DNA of 60,412 nt, taken from NCBI RefSeq assembly GCF_001194135.2, contig NC_069000.1, positions 47,190,460 to 47,250,871 of the forward strand, written 5' to 3'. The DNA is from Octopus bimaculoides (Eukaryota). The notes beneath the pieces were generated by a model. The model ran no database searches. It saw nothing but the letters and a program-made list of their open reading frames with translations, and had not been told where the DNA came from. A program made the translations under genes and the position numbers. Positions 56,155-60,412 of the stretch are shown piece by piece (the stretch's first letter is position 1; every line of letters starts with the position of its first letter).

Positions 56155-56588
56155 ATGGAACAAGATTTCAAATCGTTTGGACATGTAGCAACCTGATACT
56201 ACAACATGACAAAATCCATCATGGGCAGCATGGGGTGAGGTGTATGTGCATGAGAAGGACGAAGAATTAATTGAAGAAAATGAAGTCTATTCCAATACGT
56301 AAGCTGGTGTGTGTATTACAACAGACAACCAATCAATTCTCCCAAAGTGTAGAATACACGGTGGGAAGCAGGTTGGAGTTTGTTTCAATGACAACGGCCA
56401 TGGATTATTGGAAGACAATGTTATTATTCAACCCATTTTTACTCAGGATCCAAATAAGAACTGGAAGCAACCTTCTTATCCGACTAAACGAGATCTGAAG
56501 AGTTCAAACGGTAGCAGTGAAGTCTATAACAGCAAACGGGAAATGATTGCTCATAACGAAATATTTGACAAATGCCGTTGCTGGGATT
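56155..56588 (+). pseudogene. FBXO11: Decayed FBXO11 fragment (CASH/beta-helix repeats)
   Basis: Across frames: HDKIHHGQHG / [27 protein letters not shown]...RIHGGKQVGVCFNDNGHGLLEDN / IQIRTGSNLLIRLNEI* / VYNS...HNEIFD / NAVAG. This is collinear with recalled FBXO11 [39 protein letters not shown]...[23 protein letters not shown]...VQIRTGSNPKIRRNKI...DNEIFDNAMAG. Has stops and frameshifts. Confidence 0.8.
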
Positions 56589-56727
56589 AAGAGAAATTGA
56601 AAGCCGGTTCGAGGATATAATAAAATAAACAATGGTATTTTCAGTGGTGATAAAGATATCCTTGAAGAGAACGACATACTCCAGAATGCTCAGGCCCTTG
56701 TGTGTGTATGTGTGTGTGAGAGAGAGG

Positions 56728-56796
<69 letters not shown>

Positions 56797-57089
56797 TGTG
56801 TGTGTGTGTGTGTGTAAGAAAGAATTTTCGATGGTTTTACTGCTGGTCTGGAGATCACAAGTAATGCAACTGCTATGTTACAAGAGATTAAAATATATTT
56901 TAAAAAAAGTTTGATGGGATTTGTCTTGGCAATTGTGTCAGTCCTATTTCAAAGATAACATCATGACTGGTAGCCATAATATAATCGAGAAAGCTGTTGT
57001 TTTCCGGTCAATGTCTCTATAAAAGATTGAGTTGTACTGCTTCCCCAATGCACAATTTTTACAGGTGTTGGACATGCTGCACCACTGAC

Positions 57090-57400
57090 CGCGACGCCAT
57101 ATCTTTTCATCATGGATTTTCGCAATGATATCTGGTCGGTTATCCTGAATTTTTCAATCAGTTTCAACATTGAAATTCCAAAGGAACTTCAACATTCTTG
57201 TAGTAGTTTGTGTTCCCAACTAATTCTCTTTGCGACGGAGGTTGTATGAGTGGCATATCGACCAGTAACAGGTACCGAGATACCTTGTCTTGTCTTTGCA
57301 TGCATTCTGTTGGTGCCAGTCTGCTGCGTCCAGAGATTATGAAGTCGATTGTGGTACTTAAAAATGCGAGGAGTTCACTGGCTGCGAAAAGGAAATTCTC
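57090..57400 (-). mobile_element. Fragment of an RLE-type non-LTR retrotransposon (zinc knuckle to PD endonuclease motif)
   Basis: Minus-strand peptides TIDFIISGRSRLAPTECMQRQDKV (decayed ETxxHIxSGCxxLAxxxYxxRHDxV) and [18 protein letters not shown] (WDFxIxTDxxIxxNRPDI). Confidence 0.7.
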
Positions 57401-59038
57401 TCGGTTGAAGAAGAAACCAGATCTTTTGAAAGAGACCCGTGAGAGCTGGAAGCAGCCGTCGACCGGAATAAAATGAAATTCACGACAATTCGCAAGAATA
57501 ATTCTAATAAAATGCTTCTATAATGTATACAAGGAATATCTAGACGAAAGATCGAGAAGGAAATGGGATCACAGTTTAAAACAGCCTTAAAACAACAGAA
57601 GAACAGTTCGAATCTCAGACTTTCTGACATATCTTCTTATATTTAAGGGGTTTTGGGTTTTTCTTATATATTTCAACGATTCAGGAGACACAGCCTCTTC
57701 ACTTGCCAATACAAAGACCTCCTCACAAATGACTTTAGAATCTCCAACCGTGAACCACCCTGCGAGGGTAGTGCTGTAGGGCTTACCTTGATCAGCGCAA
57801 CAAGACGTTTCAAGTTCATAGAAATACCTTGTTTTGATTATTCTTTGGTTTATTTATTTCTGTCTAACTTTTGAGGTAAATATTTCTTGTTCTTTTTTTC
57901 ATTCGTCTTATTATATTTTCCATAACGCCTTTCTCCATTTTCCCCCTCCCCTTCACATTGGAGACATTCTCTCTCCGCTCCCGCCACCGCCACCAACGTT
58001 TACCATATTTTACCATATTCTNNNNNNNNNNNNNNNNNNNNNNNNNNNNNNNNNNNNNNNNNNNNNNNNNNNNNNNNNNNNNNNNNNNNNNNNNNNNNNN
58101 NNNNNNNNNNNNNNNNNNNNNNNNNNNNNNNNNNNNNNNNNNNNNNNNNNNNNNNNNNNNNNNNNNNNNNNNNNNNNNNNNNNNNNNNNNNNNNNNNNNN
58201 NNNNNNNNNNNNNNNNNNNNNNNNNNNNNNNNNNNNNNNNNNNNNNNNNNNNNNNNNNNNNNNNNNNNNNNNNNNNNNNNNNNNNNNNNNNNNNNNNNNN
58301 NNNNNNNNNNNNNNNNNNNNNNNNNNNNNNNNNNNNNNNNNNNNNNNNNNNNNNNNNNNNNNNNNNNNNNNNNNNNNNNNNNNNNNNNNNNNNNNNNNNN
58401 NNNNNNNNNNNNNNNNNNNNNNNNNNNNNNNNNNNNNNNNNNNNNNNNNNNNNNNNNNNNNNNNNNNNNNNNNNNNNNNNNNNNNNNNNNNNNNNNNNNN
58501 NNNNNNNNNNNNNNNNNNNNNNNNNNNNNNNNNNNNNNNNNNNNNNNNNNNNNNNNNNNNNNNNNNNNNNNNNNNNNNNNNNNNNNNNNNNNNNNNNNNN
58601 NNNNNNNNNNNNNNNNNNNNNNNNNNNNNNNNNNNNNNNNNNNNNNNNNNNNNNNNNNNNNNNNNNNNNNNNNNNNNNNGGGGGGGGGGAATAAGGGGAG
58701 TGGAGAGACAAGAAAGAAAGAAAGAAAGAAAGAAAGAATCACAATTATTTCCTCTCTACATACATACAAATAGACAGACAGACAAAGGGAGAAAGAGAGA
58801 GGGAGAGACTTACCAGTTCTTCGTGTCCGATGCCTAAGTGACGGCCATCCTTACTTTGCCATCATCATCATCATCATCATCATCATTATAGGGCTGTGAT
58901 GTTGGGTGGTAGTGAGAGAGTTCAGAGAGCCGTCCACCTGGTCATCAATTGGTGTGTGGACAGATGTGACAATGAAGTAAAAGTACCCCCAGGATACAAC
59001 TGGTAGCAATTCTCCACTAGTTTATATAGTACAGTACA

Positions 59039-59086
<48 letters not shown>

Positions 59087-59206
59087 ATATATTTTATATA
59101 TAAAGAGGGATGTATATATTATTGTGATATGTACAACACTAATCACTAATATGTAAACAGTAATGACTGACTGACTACTACTACTACTACTACTACTACC
59201 ACTACT

Positions 59207-59237
<31 letters not shown>

Positions 59238-59324
59238 CACTGCTGCTGCTGCTGCTTCCAGCGATCGCTGCTGCAATTGCTCTCACAACTGCTGATGCTG
59301 TCGATATGGTGGTGGAGGGGGATC

Positions 59325-59540
59325 GTGCAAGTTGAGATGGCAGAATCGTTAGCACGCCGGACAAAATGTTTAGCGACATTTCATCGATATTTACTTTCTG
59401 AGTTCAAATTCCGTCGACGTCTACTTCGCCTTTCATCCTTTCTGGGTCGATAAATTAAGTACCAGTCAAGTACTGGGATCCATGTAGTCGACTATCGCCC
59501 TCCTGCAAAGTTTCAGGCCTTGTGCCCATAGCAGAAACGC
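59325..59540 (+). mobile_element. tRNA-derived SINE, family B
   Basis: GGCAGAATCGTTAGCACGCCGGACAAAATG...GAGTTCAAATTCCG...GCCTTTCATCCTTT...GATAAATTAAGTACCAG. Related copies at about 1900-2095(-), 9550-9775(-), 13200-13420(+), 24975-25085(+), 30100-30310(+), 31515-31690(+), 35410-35700(+), 53590-53770(+) and 54480-54850(+). Confidence 0.8.
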
Positions 59541-59828
59541 ATTCACCCCCAGATCGGTAAACCTATTATTAAAACTATTCCATCCTTGATCATCTTAAAG
59601 ACAAGAGTGTGTGGCATACTGAATATTTGACTACTATTTTTAGCAGGTTTAACGCCCGTGTAGAGCATGGAATTGAAACCGATTCGAATACGCGGGGGTA
59701 ACTTGCAGGGTTTCAAAACATGTAGCATAGACGGAACATCTGAAGGAGAAGAATTCTGAATGTTTACAAATTCACAGTTATGTAAGTCACTAGGCTGGTA
59801 CTCGTCATAGAGAACTTTGCAAGTGTGT

Positions 59829-59869
<41 letters not shown>

Positions 59870-59950
59870 TATGTATATATGTATGTCTGTATGTGTGGAG
59901 GCGCAATGGCCCAGTGGTTAGGGCAGCGGACTCGCGGTCANNNNNNNNNN

Positions 59951-60330
59951 GTGGAGGCGCAATGGCCCAGTGGTTAGGGCAGCGGACTCGCGGTCATAGG
60001 ATCGCGGTTTCGATTCCCAGACCGGGCGTTGTGAGTGTTTATTGAGCGAAAACACCTAAAGCTCTACGAGGCTCCGACAGGGGAAGGTAGCGAACCCTGC
60101 TGTACTCTTCCACCACAACTTTCTCTCTTACTTCCTGTTTCTCTTGTGCCTGTAATTCAAAGGGTCAGCCTTGTCACACTGTGTCACGCTGAATATCCCC
60201 GAGAACTACGTTAAGGGTACACGTGTCTGTGGAGTGCTCAGCCACTTGCACGTTAATTTCACGAGCAGGCTGTTCCGTTGGTCGGATCAACTGGAACCCT
60301 CGACGTCGTAACCGGCGGAGTGCCAGCACA
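59951..60330 (+). mobile_element. tRNA-derived SINE, family C, full length
   Basis: tRNA-like head with A box (TGGCCCAGTGG) and B box (GGTTTCGATTCCC), followed by a roughly 300-bp non-tRNA body. A decayed minus-strand relative lies at about 3990-4150. Confidence 0.8.
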
Positions 60331-60412
60331 CACATGATAAAGAGAATGTATGCGTGTGTAGATACAGGTATTCGAGTGAGAAGAGAGTTCAGTAATAGGA
60401 GCTATCATGAAG

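Noticed and set aside
59892-59999. Duplicated SINE head / apparent tRNA gene pair
   Set aside because: Identical sequence on both sides of a 10-N gap. The tRNA-like part runs into a SINE body and has no proper acceptor stem or T-run terminator.

Overview
This is eukaryotic, AT-rich, microsatellite-dense genomic DNA with many assembly gaps. The SINE families and repeat landscape suggest an octopus or other coleoid cephalopod (inference). Three protein-coding genes could be reconstructed by hand with consistent splice phases. (1) LARS2, mitochondrial leucyl-tRNA synthetase: minus strand, 24 coding exons, 697-20912, 885 aa. (2) OSGEP/Kae1, the KEOPS t6A enzyme: plus strand, 12 coding exons, 24204-30550, 335 aa, head-to-head with LARS2 and carrying a U12-type AT-AC intron. 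(3) A MYORG-like GH31 type II membrane protein: minus strand, 2 coding exons, 37157-46825, about 831 aa, apparently lacking its catalytic aspartates. The rest is SINEs, MITE-like hairpins, and remnants of RTE, RLE-type and CR1/L2-group LINEs and of mariner and Chapaev-like transposons, plus a decayed FBXO11 fragment. The least expected signals are two type I hammerhead-ribozyme-like motifs between OSGEP and the GH31 gene (32300-32361 and 34036-34083); the first lies just downstream of an orphan CCAAT/E-box/TATA promoter. Most short ORFs in the supplied track are microsatellite or N-gap artefacts. No database search was run; family assignments come from recalled motifs.
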